Of a stretch of DNA of 64,000 nucleotides, positions 45,778-55,531 are shown piece after piece. The notes beneath the pieces were generated by a model that saw nothing but the letters and a program-made list of their open reading frames with translations, was not told the origin of the DNA and searched no databases. Both the position numbers and the translations under genes were made by a program. This DNA comes from Patescibacteria group bacterium (lineage in GTDB: Bacteria; Patescibacteriota; Patescibacteriia; Patescibacteriales; UBA12465): contig JBAZTY010000003.1 in NCBI GenBank assembly GCA_041661685.1, positions 69,550 through 133,549 of the forward strand, written 5' to 3'. Numbering within the stretch: position 1 is the first letter of the stretch; every line of letters starts with the position of its first letter.

Positions 45778-46185
45778 TTATCTAGTTCCTCTATCCATCG
45801 CCTCATTAGCCAATCGATCGGCTTCTTTATTGCGCTCGCGCGGAATATGAGTATAAGTAATATGCTTGAAGCTTAAAGATAAGTTATGGATATTTAAAAA
45901 TAATTTTGCCAAATCCTGATCCTTAACTCGGTATTCCCCTTTCAATTGTTTGACCACTAATTCGCTGTCGAGGTAACATTCCAGCTCTTTCGCCCCTAAC
46001 TCGGCCGCTTTCCGAAAAGCGGCGACGAGCGCCTTATATTCCGCCTGATTATTAGTCGCGACGCCGATATACTCGGAAACCTCGGTAATCAGCTTCTTAT
46101 GCTCATTATAAATAGCCGCGCCGATTCCGGCCGGACCAGGATTGCCGCGCGCGCCGCCATCGGTATAAATTATTACTTTCTCCAT
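45778..46185 (-). CDS. rnhA: Ribonuclease HI
   Basis: YTDGGARGNPG, TNNQAEY, DSELVVKQ, REXNKEAD. Confidence 0.93.
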   Translation of the reverse strand: MEKVIIYTDGGARGNPGPAGIGAAIYNEHKKLITEVSEYIGVATNNQAEYKALVAAFRKAAELGAKELECYLDSELVVKQLKGEYRVKDQDLAKLFLNIHNLSLSFKHITYTHIPRERNKEADRLANEAMDRGTR

Positions 46186-46186
46186 A

Positions 46187-48019
46187 TTATTTATGCTCAG
46201 TTAATTTTATATCCACTATTTTCAGCTGCGCCTCTTTGCGTCCATTGAAACCATTAACTTCTAAATAGTAAACCAGATCAACGACATCGCCGACTTTGAA
46301 ATCCTTATATTCTTGGGCTGCTCCGAAAGCTAGGGCCCAAAAAGAATTGGCGCGGCCAGTCTCATGATTGACAGACGAGAAGCGAAACTTGATATGCTGA
46401 TTATCAAAACCCATGGTCGTAATATCATCCAGACGGAGATTATAGGAAACAAAACGCGGCTGCTGATTATTCTGGCCGTAAGGCGCGAAAGCGCTGATCT
46501 TCTCAGCGAGATCAAGACTAACATTATCAAATTTCAATTCCGTTTCGATCTTCAACTTAGGCGTCAGCATTTCAGCGGTCAACTTTTCCGCGGCTAAAAC
46601 CAAGAGCTGTACCTTGAATTCAGCCAGCTTCCCTTCTTCTTTAATCGAAAAACCGCAAGCCATAGGATGGCCGCCGTATTTATCTAATTTATCGGCGCAA
46701 GCTTCTACCGCCGCGATGAGATTGAATTCTTCAACCGAACGGCCGGAACCTTTGAAAGATATCTTCTTCGGCACGAACTTCTTAGTCGCGGCGTCGAATT
46801 CCGCTTCTTCTATCAGACGCGTAATTATCAAAGTCGGACGATAATATTTTTCCGCGATGCGGCCGGCCACTAAGCCGATCACGCCTTCATTCCAAACCTG
46901 ATCTTCCTGAGCAACACCGATAATAACCAGCGGGATATTATCTTTATCTATTTGCGCTTCAACTTGAGAAGTTATCTCTTCGGTAATCTGCTGGCGGCTG
47001 ATATTGCGCTGATTCAATTCTGAGGCCAGGCTGGCCGCTTCCTCGCCGTCAGTCGTCGTCAAAAGCGCAAAGGCACTGTTGGCGTGCGCTAAGCGACTGG
47101 CCGCATTCAAGCGCGGCCCAATCTGCCAGCCGATATTCCAGGACTCTAGCTGACGACCGCCATTAACCTTAGCGACTTTGATTAATTCGTTCACGCCTAA
47201 GCGTTTATTCTCATTCAAAATTTTCAAACCCTCTTTTACTAATAACCGGTTCTCTCCTAAAAGACTGACCATATCCGCGACCGTGCCGATTGCGACTAGA
47301 TCCAAGCATTTCTCGCTGATTAATTGTTTCTGCTTATCAGACAAATTCGCTTTAGTAAGCAAGGCGCTAACGAGCTTAAAAGCGACGCCGACGCCAGCCA
47401 GATAGCGCCAAGGATAGCCAGAATTAGGATCGGAGGGGTTTACCAATAGGCAATCCGGCAGATCAGCCGGATCTTCCGGCAAGATATGATGATCGGTAAT
47501 AATGATATCTAAGCCTTTCTGTTTCGCATAAGCGACCTCGTCTTTATTTCTCGTGCCGTTATCAACGGTGATGACTAGCTTGAATCCTTGTTTCACGATA
47601 GAATTTATCGCCATCTTATTTAAACCATAGCCTTCAGTGACGCGATCAGGCAGATAGACCTCGACCTCGGCATGAAGAATATGTAATGTCTCTAAGAGAA
47701 TCACGGAAGACGTGACGCCATCGGCGTCGTAATCGCCATAGACAACGATGCGATTTCCCGCTTTGATATGAGAAATAATTAAGTCGACGGCCGCATTCAT
47801 GCTCTTAAATAGAAAAGGATCATAAAAAGCCGAAGTTCCCTCGCCGTATGAGCGGGTCTTCTCCGGTTCTAGCGACCCCTTCAGGAACATATCGATAGAA
47901 GAATTTTCTTCTAAGCCTCTATTATAGAGCAATTGCAAAATGACCGGATTGAGTTCCGGGTGAGCGGCTGCGAATTCAGCCGGCATGGCTTTAAGAAGTT
48001 CCCATTTCTTGGTTTTCAT
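46187..48019 (-). CDS. recJ: ssDNA exonuclease RecJ
   Basis: YGDYDADG, TDHH, GTVAD, GPRLNA, GGHPMACG. Confidence 0.95.
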   Translation of the reverse strand: MKTKKWELLKAMPAEFAAAHPELNPVILQLLYNRGLEENSSIDMFLKGSLEPEKTRSYGEGTSAFYDPFLFKSMNAAVDLIISHIKAGNRIVVYGDYDADGVTSSVILLETLHILHAEVEVYLPDRVTEGYGLNKMAINSIVKQGFKLVITVDNGTRNKDEVAYAKQKGLDIIITDHHILPEDPADLPDCLLVNPSDPNSGYPWRYLAGVGVAFKLVSALLTKANLSDKQKQLISEKCLDLVAIGTVADMVSLLGENRLLVKEGLKILNENKRLGVNELIKVAKVNGGRQLESWNIGWQIGPRLNAASRLAHANSAFALLTTTDGEEAASLASELNQRNISRQQITEEITSQVEAQIDKDNIPLVIIGVAQEDQVWNEGVIGLVAGRIAEKYYRPTLIITRLIEEAEFDAATKKFVPKKISFKGSGRSVEEFNLIAAVEACADKLDKYGGHPMACGFSIKEEGKLAEFKVQLLVLAAEKLTAEMLTPKLKIETELKFDNVSLDLAEKISAFAPYGQNNQQPRFVSYNLRLDDITTMGFDNQHIKFRFSSVNHETGRANSFWALAFGAAQEYKDFKVGDVVDLVYYLEVNGFNGRKEAQLKIVDIKLTEHK

Positions 48020-48029
48020 GATCATGATC

Positions 48030-48134
48030 TTAATAAAGACCGGCCATGACTGTCCAAGAAATCATGGATAAGACGACGATGAACGACAGGATTATCCAAA
48101 GAGTCTTGATGACTTTGCGGCGTTTGAATTTCAT
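48030..48134 (-). CDS. 34-aa single-TM small protein (below ORF-track cutoff)
   Basis: MKFKRRKVIKTLWIILSFIVVLSMISWTVMAGLY*; fills the lepA-recJ gap and has the AT-ATG start context. Confidence 0.7.
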   Translation of the reverse strand: MKFKRRKVIKTLWIILSFIVVLSMISWTVMAGLY

Positions 48135-48175
48135 ATTTTATATTATAATATTAAATCTGTCTTTTTGAAAATTTT

Positions 48176-50005
48176 TTATCTCTTTAAGATCTTAACGAAA
48201 GTTTCCGGCGGGATATCAACGCTACCTTTGCCGGCCGCCATCATCTTCTTCTTGCCCTTTTTCTGCTTTTCTAAGAGTTTGCGCTTACGCGTCACATCGC
48301 CGCCGTAAAGCTTAGCCGTAACGTCTTTGCGCATTGCCGATAATTTCTCAGCCGCGATGACTTTACCGTTAATCGCAGCCTGGATCTTGATGGCGAACAT
48401 CTGCTTAGATAAATTATCTTTCAGAATATCCACAATTTCTCGACCCTGACGATTGGCATCTTCGCGATAGACAATAGTCGAAAGCGCTTCAATCTGCTCT
48501 TCGGCGACAAGAATATCCATCTTGACGACATCAGCGGCGCGATAATCCAAGTATTCATAATTAATAGAAGCATAGCCGGCGGAAACGCTCTTGATCTTAT
48601 CATAGAAATCCGTCAAGATCGCGGCCAGCGGAATATCATAATGGAGCAAGACGCGGCTATCGTCGCCATCGGAGGAAATATACTCGGTATTCTTATAGAT
48701 ACCCTTCTTGTCCTGGGCTAATTTTATGACATTGCCGAGATACGTCTTTGGAGTGATGATGTCGAGCTTGACCCAGGGCTCTTCGATATGTTCAATCTGT
48801 GTCGGATCGGGCAGACGCTGCGGCGAACGGATGATTATCTCTTCGCCGCTGGATCTAAAAACCTTATAAGCAACGCTCGGCATGGTCACGATCAGATCCA
48901 AATCATATTCGCGACGCAGCCTTTCCTGAAAGACTTCGAGATGCAAGAGTCCTAAGAAGCCGCAGCGGAAACCGAAGCCTAAAGCGTCAGAACGCTCGGG
49001 CTCATATGATAAGGCGGCATCATTCAATTTCAATTTATCCATGGCTTCCCGCAATTCCTTGAAATCATTGCCTTCGCGCGGAAAGATACTGGCAAAGACC
49101 ATCGGCCTGACTTCTTTATAGCCGGCCAAAGGCTCAACGATCGCGCCCGCTTCGACATTCTTGACGAAAGTGACCGTATCGCCGACGCGGCAGTCGCCCA
49201 CCTGCTTGAAGCCGGTGACGACGTAGCCGATCTCTCCGGCTTTCAAATGACCGGTAGAAATATAATCCGGCTTGAAAATGCCACAATCAAGAACTTCGCT
49301 TTCGGCCTTAGTAGCTATTAGTCTAATTTTATCGCCTTTCTTCAAAGCACCATTAAAAACGCGGATATAGGCGACGACGCCACGATAAACATCATATTTA
49401 GAATCGAAAATCAGAGCGCGCAGGACATCCATTTCTGCATTTTCCATCTTAGGTTCGGTTGGTGCCAGCCCTACGGCCACCACTCGGTTTAAAATTTCTA
49501 TTACTCCAGCACCAGTCTTGCCAGACGCACAAATAATTTCGTCTTCGCGGCAGCCAAGTAGATCAATGATCTCCCTCTTAGTTTTCTCGACATCTGCCGC
49601 CGGCAAATCTATCTTATTTACTACCGGGATAATCGTTAGATTCTGATCAAGCGCCAGATATAGATTAGCCAGCGTCTGGGCTTGAATGCCTTGAGTACAA
49701 TCAACTAGAAGAACGGCTGTCTCGACCGCCGCCAAAGAACGAGAAACTTCATAAGAAAAATCGACATGCCCCGGAGTATCGATCAAATTTAATTGATAGC
49801 CCTCATAATTCATGGTTACCGGCTGCAGCTTGATGGTTATTCCTCTCTCGCGCTCGATATCCATGCCATCTAGGATCTGATCCTTCATCTTGCGTTTCTC
49901 GACCGTGCCGGTCAATTCCAACATGCGGTCGGCCAAAGTCGACTTGCCGTGATCAATGTGAGCCAAGATAGCAAAATTTCTAATTTTTTTTATTTCTTCT
50001 GACAT
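48176..50005 (-). CDS. lepA: Elongation factor 4 (LepA)
   Basis: AHIDHGKSTLAD, DTPGHVDF, GFRCGFLGLLH, GGDVTRKRKLLEKQK. Confidence 0.98.
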   Translation of the reverse strand: MSEEIKKIRNFAILAHIDHGKSTLADRMLELTGTVEKRKMKDQILDGMDIERERGITIKLQPVTMNYEGYQLNLIDTPGHVDFSYEVSRSLAAVETAVLLVDCTQGIQAQTLANLYLALDQNLTIIPVVNKIDLPAADVEKTKREIIDLLGCREDEIICASGKTGAGVIEILNRVVAVGLAPTEPKMENAEMDVLRALIFDSKYDVYRGVVAYIRVFNGALKKGDKIRLIATKAESEVLDCGIFKPDYISTGHLKAGEIGYVVTGFKQVGDCRVGDTVTFVKNVEAGAIVEPLAGYKEVRPMVFASIFPREGNDFKELREAMDKLKLNDAALSYEPERSDALGFGFRCGFLGLLHLEVFQERLRREYDLDLIVTMPSVAYKVFRSSGEEIIIRSPQRLPDPTQIEHIEEPWVKLDIITPKTYLGNVIKLAQDKKGIYKNTEYISSDGDDSRVLLHYDIPLAAILTDFYDKIKSVSAGYASINYEYLDYRAADVVKMDILVAEEQIEALSTIVYREDANRQGREIVDILKDNLSKQMFAIKIQAAINGKVIAAEKLSAMRKDVTAKLYGGDVTRKRKLLEKQKKGKKKMMAAGKGSVDIPPETFVKILKR

Positions 50006-50040
50006 ATGTGAATTTTCTCTTTAATACAACAAATCTGGCT

Positions 50041-51684
50041 TTAATTATTGCTCGATAGCTGATCATCTATCTTGACCTTATTGAAGGGCAGATGATGCTT
50101 CATGGAGGCGATAAATCCAAAAAGTTCTTCGCTCTTAAACAGATAACAGAATAATAGATAAACCAAGAGCCCGACCCCTCCGGCGGCAATCAACTGAATG
50201 AAGACCCCGCTGAATTTGGTCATATCTATGAAAGGCCAGACAACTACTTTCATAATCTGGGCCGCGCCTCCAGCGGCGATTGCGCTAGTCGTAAACTTTA
50301 ACACGGCTATGAGAATATTGCCAATATCCAGAACTCCGACCTTAAGATATAGCCAGATCCATAATAACAGGAAATTCAAGATATTAGCTACAGAAAAGGC
50401 CAGCGCTAGGCCGGCTACCCCCATTTTTGGAGCTAACATTAGAGATAAAATTACATTGACAGCCGCGGAAACCAAACTAAGATAAAAAGGCAGAGCGGAG
50501 TTATGGCGCGCGTAAAAGACTCTGATAAGTAAAGGGATAGTTGCTTGCGCGAACAAGCTAATTGCAAAGAAGCCTAAGGTGTTCATGGTCAAAATCGTGT
50601 CTTGCCAATCAAAATTTCCAGTTCCGAGCACAACGCGAATTATCTGCGCCCGAAGCGCAATAATCAAGAAGGTCGCCGGAATGACGAAGAATAATATCTG
50701 CCGCATGGTCGAAGAAAAGCTAGCCGCCAGCTTTTCTTTATTGAAGGCGGCTTCGGCTAAGCTCGGAAAAGCGGCGATAGCAAAAGAGACGCCGAATATT
50801 CCAATCGGGAAAGACTGGAGATTATTAGCTAGATTAAAGACAGCCAAAGATCCGGCGGATAAGTTAGAGGCGAGAATAGTGATGACGACCAGATTTATCT
50901 GAGAGATTGCTAAGCTCAAAGTCCGCGGCACCATCATCTTCCCCATTTTCCAAGTATTAATGTCACGCCAATTTATCTTTAACTTAAAACGGAAACCGAG
51001 ATGATAGACAGTCGGAATCTGGATAGCCATATGGAGAAAAGCGCCTAAGATAACGCCCCAAGCTAACCCATACATACCCCAGAGCGGCACGAGATAGACA
51101 GCGCCGATGATTATGCCGACGTTATAGAAGACTGGCGCTAATGAATAGATTAAGAATCTCTTAAATGACTGTAAGATGCTGCCGATGATTCCAGAAATAC
51201 CTAAGAATAACGGCGATAAGAACATGACGCGCGTCAGCGCGGCAGTCAGTGCCTGTTCATCCCGCCCGAATCCCGGAGCGATCAAACGAGTCAGAGCCGG
51301 AGCAAAGATTATGCCGATAACAGACAGGACTACTAAGCCCAATAATAATATATTCAAGACATTGTTCGCCAAATCCCAAGCCTCCTGATTCTTCAAGCGC
51401 GGGTCGCATTCTTCCGTCTTAACGCATTTGAAATCTTTAACGAGCGAAGCGAAGATCGGGATGAAGCCGGCTGATAAAGCGCCGAGAACAATAAGATTAT
51501 AAATCAAATCAGGGACACGGAAGGCAGCATAATATATATCTAAAGTCGTGCCGGCGCCGAAATGTCCGGCCAGGATACGATCACGGATAACGCCTAAAAG
51601 GCGCGACGCCAAAGAAGACAGGGCGACGAGTGCGGCCGCGACGGTGATGCTATTGATCTGTTTCTTGAAAATATCCTTAAACAT
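50041..51684 (-). CDS. murJ: Lipid II flippase MurJ (MviN)
   Basis: SRLLG..RD, AFRVPD, polytopic MOP-family pattern. Confidence 0.93.
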   Translation of the reverse strand: MFKDIFKKQINSITVAAALVALSSLASRLLGVIRDRILAGHFGAGTTLDIYYAAFRVPDLIYNLIVLGALSAGFIPIFASLVKDFKCVKTEECDPRLKNQEAWDLANNVLNILLLGLVVLSVIGIIFAPALTRLIAPGFGRDEQALTAALTRVMFLSPLFLGISGIIGSILQSFKRFLIYSLAPVFYNVGIIIGAVYLVPLWGMYGLAWGVILGAFLHMAIQIPTVYHLGFRFKLKINWRDINTWKMGKMMVPRTLSLAISQINLVVITILASNLSAGSLAVFNLANNLQSFPIGIFGVSFAIAAFPSLAEAAFNKEKLAASFSSTMRQILFFVIPATFLIIALRAQIIRVVLGTGNFDWQDTILTMNTLGFFAISLFAQATIPLLIRVFYARHNSALPFYLSLVSAAVNVILSLMLAPKMGVAGLALAFSVANILNFLLLWIWLYLKVGVLDIGNILIAVLKFTTSAIAAGGAAQIMKVVVWPFIDMTKFSGVFIQLIAAGGVGLLVYLLFCYLFKSEELFGFIASMKHHLPFNKVKIDDQLSSNN

Positions 51685-51715
51685 ATAAAACTATTCTTAT
51701 CGAGCTATTCTTAAA

Positions 51716-53707
51716 TTAAGCGCTTAAGATTATGCGGACATCTCCGGCGGACACGCCTTTCTCAAAAACGAAAAGCGGATTAATATCGAATTCGGAAATT
51801 TCCGGATGCTCGTTAGCGAGTTTAGCCAGTTTGACGATAGTCTGAGCTAAGGCGTTGATATCATATTTCTTCTGGCCGCGCGCGCCATTTAAAATTGGGT
51901 ATATCTTCAGGCTGGCGATAAGCTTAATCGCCCCGGCCAGATCGATATCGCTGATAGCTAATTTAAAGTCTTTCATCACTTCCGTATAGATTCCGCCCCA
52001 GCCGACCATGAGCAGCGGGCCGAAAACAGCATCGCGCTTGAAACCTAAAATTATTTCCTGGAATCTATTCGCCTGTTCTTGGACGACTAGATAATTCTCC
52101 GGGTTCTTGAACGCCCAGGCGTTCTTCTTAGCTAATGATTCAGCCATCGCTTGTAATTGCGCTTCATCTTTCAGATTAACGACGACGCCGCCGGAATCAG
52201 TCTTATGTAAGAAATCCGGGCCAACTGTCTTCAAGACTGCCGGATATCTATAACTCTGCAATTTCGCTTCTTCATAGCGCAAGCTTTTTACGGCCGGAAT
52301 ATTATAACTCTTCAATAAGGAGAAAGCCTGAAGATAGTCGCCATTCTTAACCGTCCTCTTTGCTGTAATGCCCGTATTCTTAAAAGGCTTGAGGTTTTTG
52401 ACTAAAGAGCGATAAGCAATGAGATGTCTAAAACTGCGCACCGCTTCTTCGGGATAATCAAAAGACGGAATCTGATTCTCTGATAATAATTTCCGAGGAG
52501 CCGCGACGGCTTCTCCTCCGACGAAGCTCGTCATGATTAATTTATTCGGATATTTTTTCTTAACCGCAATGATAGCTTGCGCAGTTTTCATTGGCTCGGT
52601 TGAAGTCTGCGGCGTTAAGAGGACTAAAAGATTATTTATTTTCTTATCAGCTAAGGTCTTATTCAATGCCGTTTCATAACGAGCGGCATCGGCATCGCCT
52701 AATAAATCTTGGCTTGTCCCCAGGGGCACTCCTTGGCGGCTAATTTCATCAGCGGTCAAAACGGCTACGCCGCCGGCATTAGTGATGACATGAAGTTCCG
52801 GAGATCCGGTATTAAACCAGGATTTCTTATCAAAAATCATTAAGAGATTAAACATGTCTTCGAGATTATCCAGCCAGATTGCTCCAGCTCTTTCTACGCC
52901 CGCTTTGACGGCCGCAGCCGAACCGGCCAATGACCCCGTATGCGACATCGCCAATTTTCCTCCAGCCGCGCTGGTGCCCGCTTTCAGGATAGCCACCGGC
53001 TTGCGTTTGGCTAAGCGCGAAATTATTTCCATGAAGCGGCCGCCGTCCTTCATTTCTTCGAGATAAGCGATAATCAAATCGATTTTTTTATCGGCTGCTA
53101 AATATTCGATGATCTCATTTTCATCCAAAACTGCTTTATTGCCGAGAGAAATGAAATAACCGAAATTAAAATCCTTAATCTTTAGCCAATCAAGCGCACC
53201 CGCGCCGATAGCGCCGGACTGCGACAATAAAGCGCAATTGCCGGATTCAGTATCAGCAGCGGCAAAAGTCGCATTTAATTTATGCCAAGTATTGATAAGA
53301 CCTAAACAATTCGGACCGAGGATGTTCAGATGATGACGAGAAGCGATTTCCTTGATATCCGCTTCTAGCTTCTTCCCTTCTTCGCCCGCCTCCTTAAAAC
53401 CGGCCGTGATGATGATGATATTCTTGATGCCTAAAGAGGCGCAATTCTTTACTTCCGCTACGACAAAAGGCGCCGGAATAGAAATAACGACTAAAAGCCC
53501 GGCCATTTCCGCGTGCGGCAAAGCCGCTAGATTCGGATAAGCTTTCAGCTTAGCGATCTTCTTCTCTTTCAGATTAATCGGATAAACGCGGCCCTTGAAG
53601 CCGCCCTTGATGATATTATCGAGAATCTGACGGCCCAGCTTTTCCGGACTATTCGAAGCGCCGACGACCGCGACTGAACGCGGATTGAAAAAATTATTCA
53701 GAGACAT
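51716..53707 (-). CDS. Acetate--CoA ligase (ADP-forming), fused alpha/beta
   Basis: PRSVAVVGAS, GPNCLG, SQSG, SHTGSLAG phospho-His, HKTDSGGV, DINPL. Confidence 0.9.
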   Translation of the reverse strand: MSLNNFFNPRSVAVVGASNSPEKLGRQILDNIIKGGFKGRVYPINLKEKKIAKLKAYPNLAALPHAEMAGLLVVISIPAPFVVAEVKNCASLGIKNIIIITAGFKEAGEEGKKLEADIKEIASRHHLNILGPNCLGLINTWHKLNATFAAADTESGNCALLSQSGAIGAGALDWLKIKDFNFGYFISLGNKAVLDENEIIEYLAADKKIDLIIAYLEEMKDGGRFMEIISRLAKRKPVAILKAGTSAAGGKLAMSHTGSLAGSAAAVKAGVERAGAIWLDNLEDMFNLLMIFDKKSWFNTGSPELHVITNAGGVAVLTADEISRQGVPLGTSQDLLGDADAARYETALNKTLADKKINNLLVLLTPQTSTEPMKTAQAIIAVKKKYPNKLIMTSFVGGEAVAAPRKLLSENQIPSFDYPEEAVRSFRHLIAYRSLVKNLKPFKNTGITAKRTVKNGDYLQAFSLLKSYNIPAVKSLRYEEAKLQSYRYPAVLKTVGPDFLHKTDSGGVVVNLKDEAQLQAMAESLAKKNAWAFKNPENYLVVQEQANRFQEIILGFKRDAVFGPLLMVGWGGIYTEVMKDFKLAISDIDLAGAIKLIASLKIYPILNGARGQKKYDINALAQTIVKLAKLANEHPEISEFDINPLFVFEKGVSAGDVRIILSA

Positions 53708-53742
53708 AGGTACGATTTATATATATTATTTATTAATTAATT

Positions 53743-53937
53743 TTATTTCTTCCAGAACAGCATGACTAAACCAGAAATAAGCCAAATAATCAAAAGGTAA
53801 TTAAGATTGAAATAGGCCAGGATAATATTCGGCCAAATTATTTCCATAACGATAAAAACGGCCGCTAGAATAGTGAAAAAATAGAATAATTCTCTAATTA
53901 TCAAATTCTTATTATTTATGGGGTCTTTCTTATCCAT
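53743..53937 (-). CDS. Small two-TM membrane protein
   Basis: 64-aa hydrophobic ORF coupled to upstream gene. Confidence 0.7.
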   Translation of the reverse strand: MDKKDPINNKNLIIRELFYFFTILAAVFIVMEIIWPNIILAYFNLNYLLIIWLISGLVMLFWKK

Positions 53938-53938
53938 A

Positions 53939-55429
53939 TTATTTCCTTAAAATCTCCTTTATCTTTTCAAAAATAGTCTTCCCCGTCAGCTTTATCTGAA
54001 TTTCCTGGATATCTAGATAATTTTCCGCTCCGGCTAGTCCATCCAATCCCGGAATAGAAATCAGGAAAGTGTATTTATTTTTCTCATTAACGGCTCCTCT
54101 CAGATTCAAAGCCGCTCGCGCTGTTTTTACGCCGTCATTTTCTAAAGGACGCTCATAAACGGCGATGATATATTTAATATTATCGGAAGCCGAAAAATAA
54201 CGATCAACTTTCTTCGCTCCCGGATCAATCAGACTAGCAGAGGAGAAAGCGAAGACACCACTATTTTCCAAGACTAGATCATCTTTATCCAAAACGATCT
54301 TATTGGCGCCGCTACTAGCCTGAAAATAAAATTGCTTATAAGTCTTATCCAGGCTAAAATTTTTGCCGGCGAAGATTACTTCTCCTAAGCTGACCGGATT
54401 CACGGTTGAGACACCGAGATAAGAAGCATCGGTAAATAAAGTCAGGCTACCCTTCCCGGATACTGGCCAGAGCTTATTGATGAAAGAGATCTTATCAGAT
54501 GAACTCTCTAATTTTGATATCACGATATCATCGCTGACTTTTATTTCAACCCGATATAGCCCAGAGGCTTCTTGTCCGCTCAAAGTAATCGCCTTTTCTT
54601 CACTCTGACCGTTATCAGGCGTCGGGTTATTGTCGGCTAAAGTTTTAGCGGCGATGATTTTATCTCCGGAATAGACATTGACCGTAATCGGGTCCTGTTC
54701 CTTATCCAGATTCAAATCGACAAAGTTGAAAGCTAGGCGCCAAGAAGATGACTTAAAATAAACATAAAATTGATGCGCGCCTCTTAGGGGTTGGCTAATG
54801 ACTGTCGGGGTGAGTGAAACATAATCCGGCAGACGGAATTCTGAATTAAGCTGATAATTATAAGTCGCGACGCAAGACGTCGGGCCGCCCAGGCAACCTT
54901 TCAGATTGCCAGCTTTCAGGTCCTGATTGAATTCCGAAACATCGTTATAATACTTTTCCGTTTGCAGGACCAAACGATCCGAACTATCTTCCAAGCGCGG
55001 CCATGAAAAGCGATAGCGGTCGACGATATTATTCTGAAGGGGCTGAAGTTCATATTGCCCGGTCAACTTATCTTTCAAGACACCAATTTCAATGATCGGA
55101 GTCGTCGTCGCCAGCCTATCGCGATATTTGACGGTTATTTCCGCTCTATCAAAAGCTCGCGGAGCATAAAGAGAAAAATAAACCGGATCAGCGGCTAATC
55201 TCAGAGATGAAGAACTGGCGTCTATCCGTTCAGCTGGCTTAAAATCATAGATAAAGCCTTTGCCCGAGGCTAGCCCGCGCGGCCAAGTCCGGCTATAGGT
55301 AATATGGCCAAAAAGCACGATTTTCAGACACAAAAAAAGAAGCACTAAAATCAGGGAAATTAACCCTAAAATAAGGCGTATTTTAAACAAAAATGACCTT
55401 TTTTCCCAAAAGGATCTTAATTTCTTCAT
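53939..55429 (-). CDS. Membrane-anchored exported beta-rich hypothetical protein
   Basis: N-terminal TM, 496 aa, no recognisable catalytic motif. Confidence 0.75.
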   Translation of the reverse strand: MKKLRSFWEKRSFLFKIRLILGLISLILVLLFLCLKIVLFGHITYSRTWPRGLASGKGFIYDFKPAERIDASSSSLRLAADPVYFSLYAPRAFDRAEITVKYRDRLATTTPIIEIGVLKDKLTGQYELQPLQNNIVDRYRFSWPRLEDSSDRLVLQTEKYYNDVSEFNQDLKAGNLKGCLGGPTSCVATYNYQLNSEFRLPDYVSLTPTVISQPLRGAHQFYVYFKSSSWRLAFNFVDLNLDKEQDPITVNVYSGDKIIAAKTLADNNPTPDNGQSEEKAITLSGQEASGLYRVEIKVSDDIVISKLESSSDKISFINKLWPVSGKGSLTLFTDASYLGVSTVNPVSLGEVIFAGKNFSLDKTYKQFYFQASSGANKIVLDKDDLVLENSGVFAFSSASLIDPGAKKVDRYFSASDNIKYIIAVYERPLENDGVKTARAALNLRGAVNEKNKYTFLISIPGLDGLAGAENYLDIQEIQIKLTGKTIFEKIKEILRK

Positions 55430-55476
55430 ATATCTATTTTACTTTATTTTTAGTAATAAAAAAAGCCCTCACAATC

Positions 55477-55510
55477 AAAAAAAGAAGCCCCTTCTCGGGG
55501 GCCTCTTTTT
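55477..55510 (-). terminator. rpoBC terminator
   Basis: AAAAAGAGGCCCC..GGGGCTTCTTTTTTT on minus strand. Confidence 0.75.
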
Positions 55511-55531
55511 ATACAAAACTCTTAATTTCTC

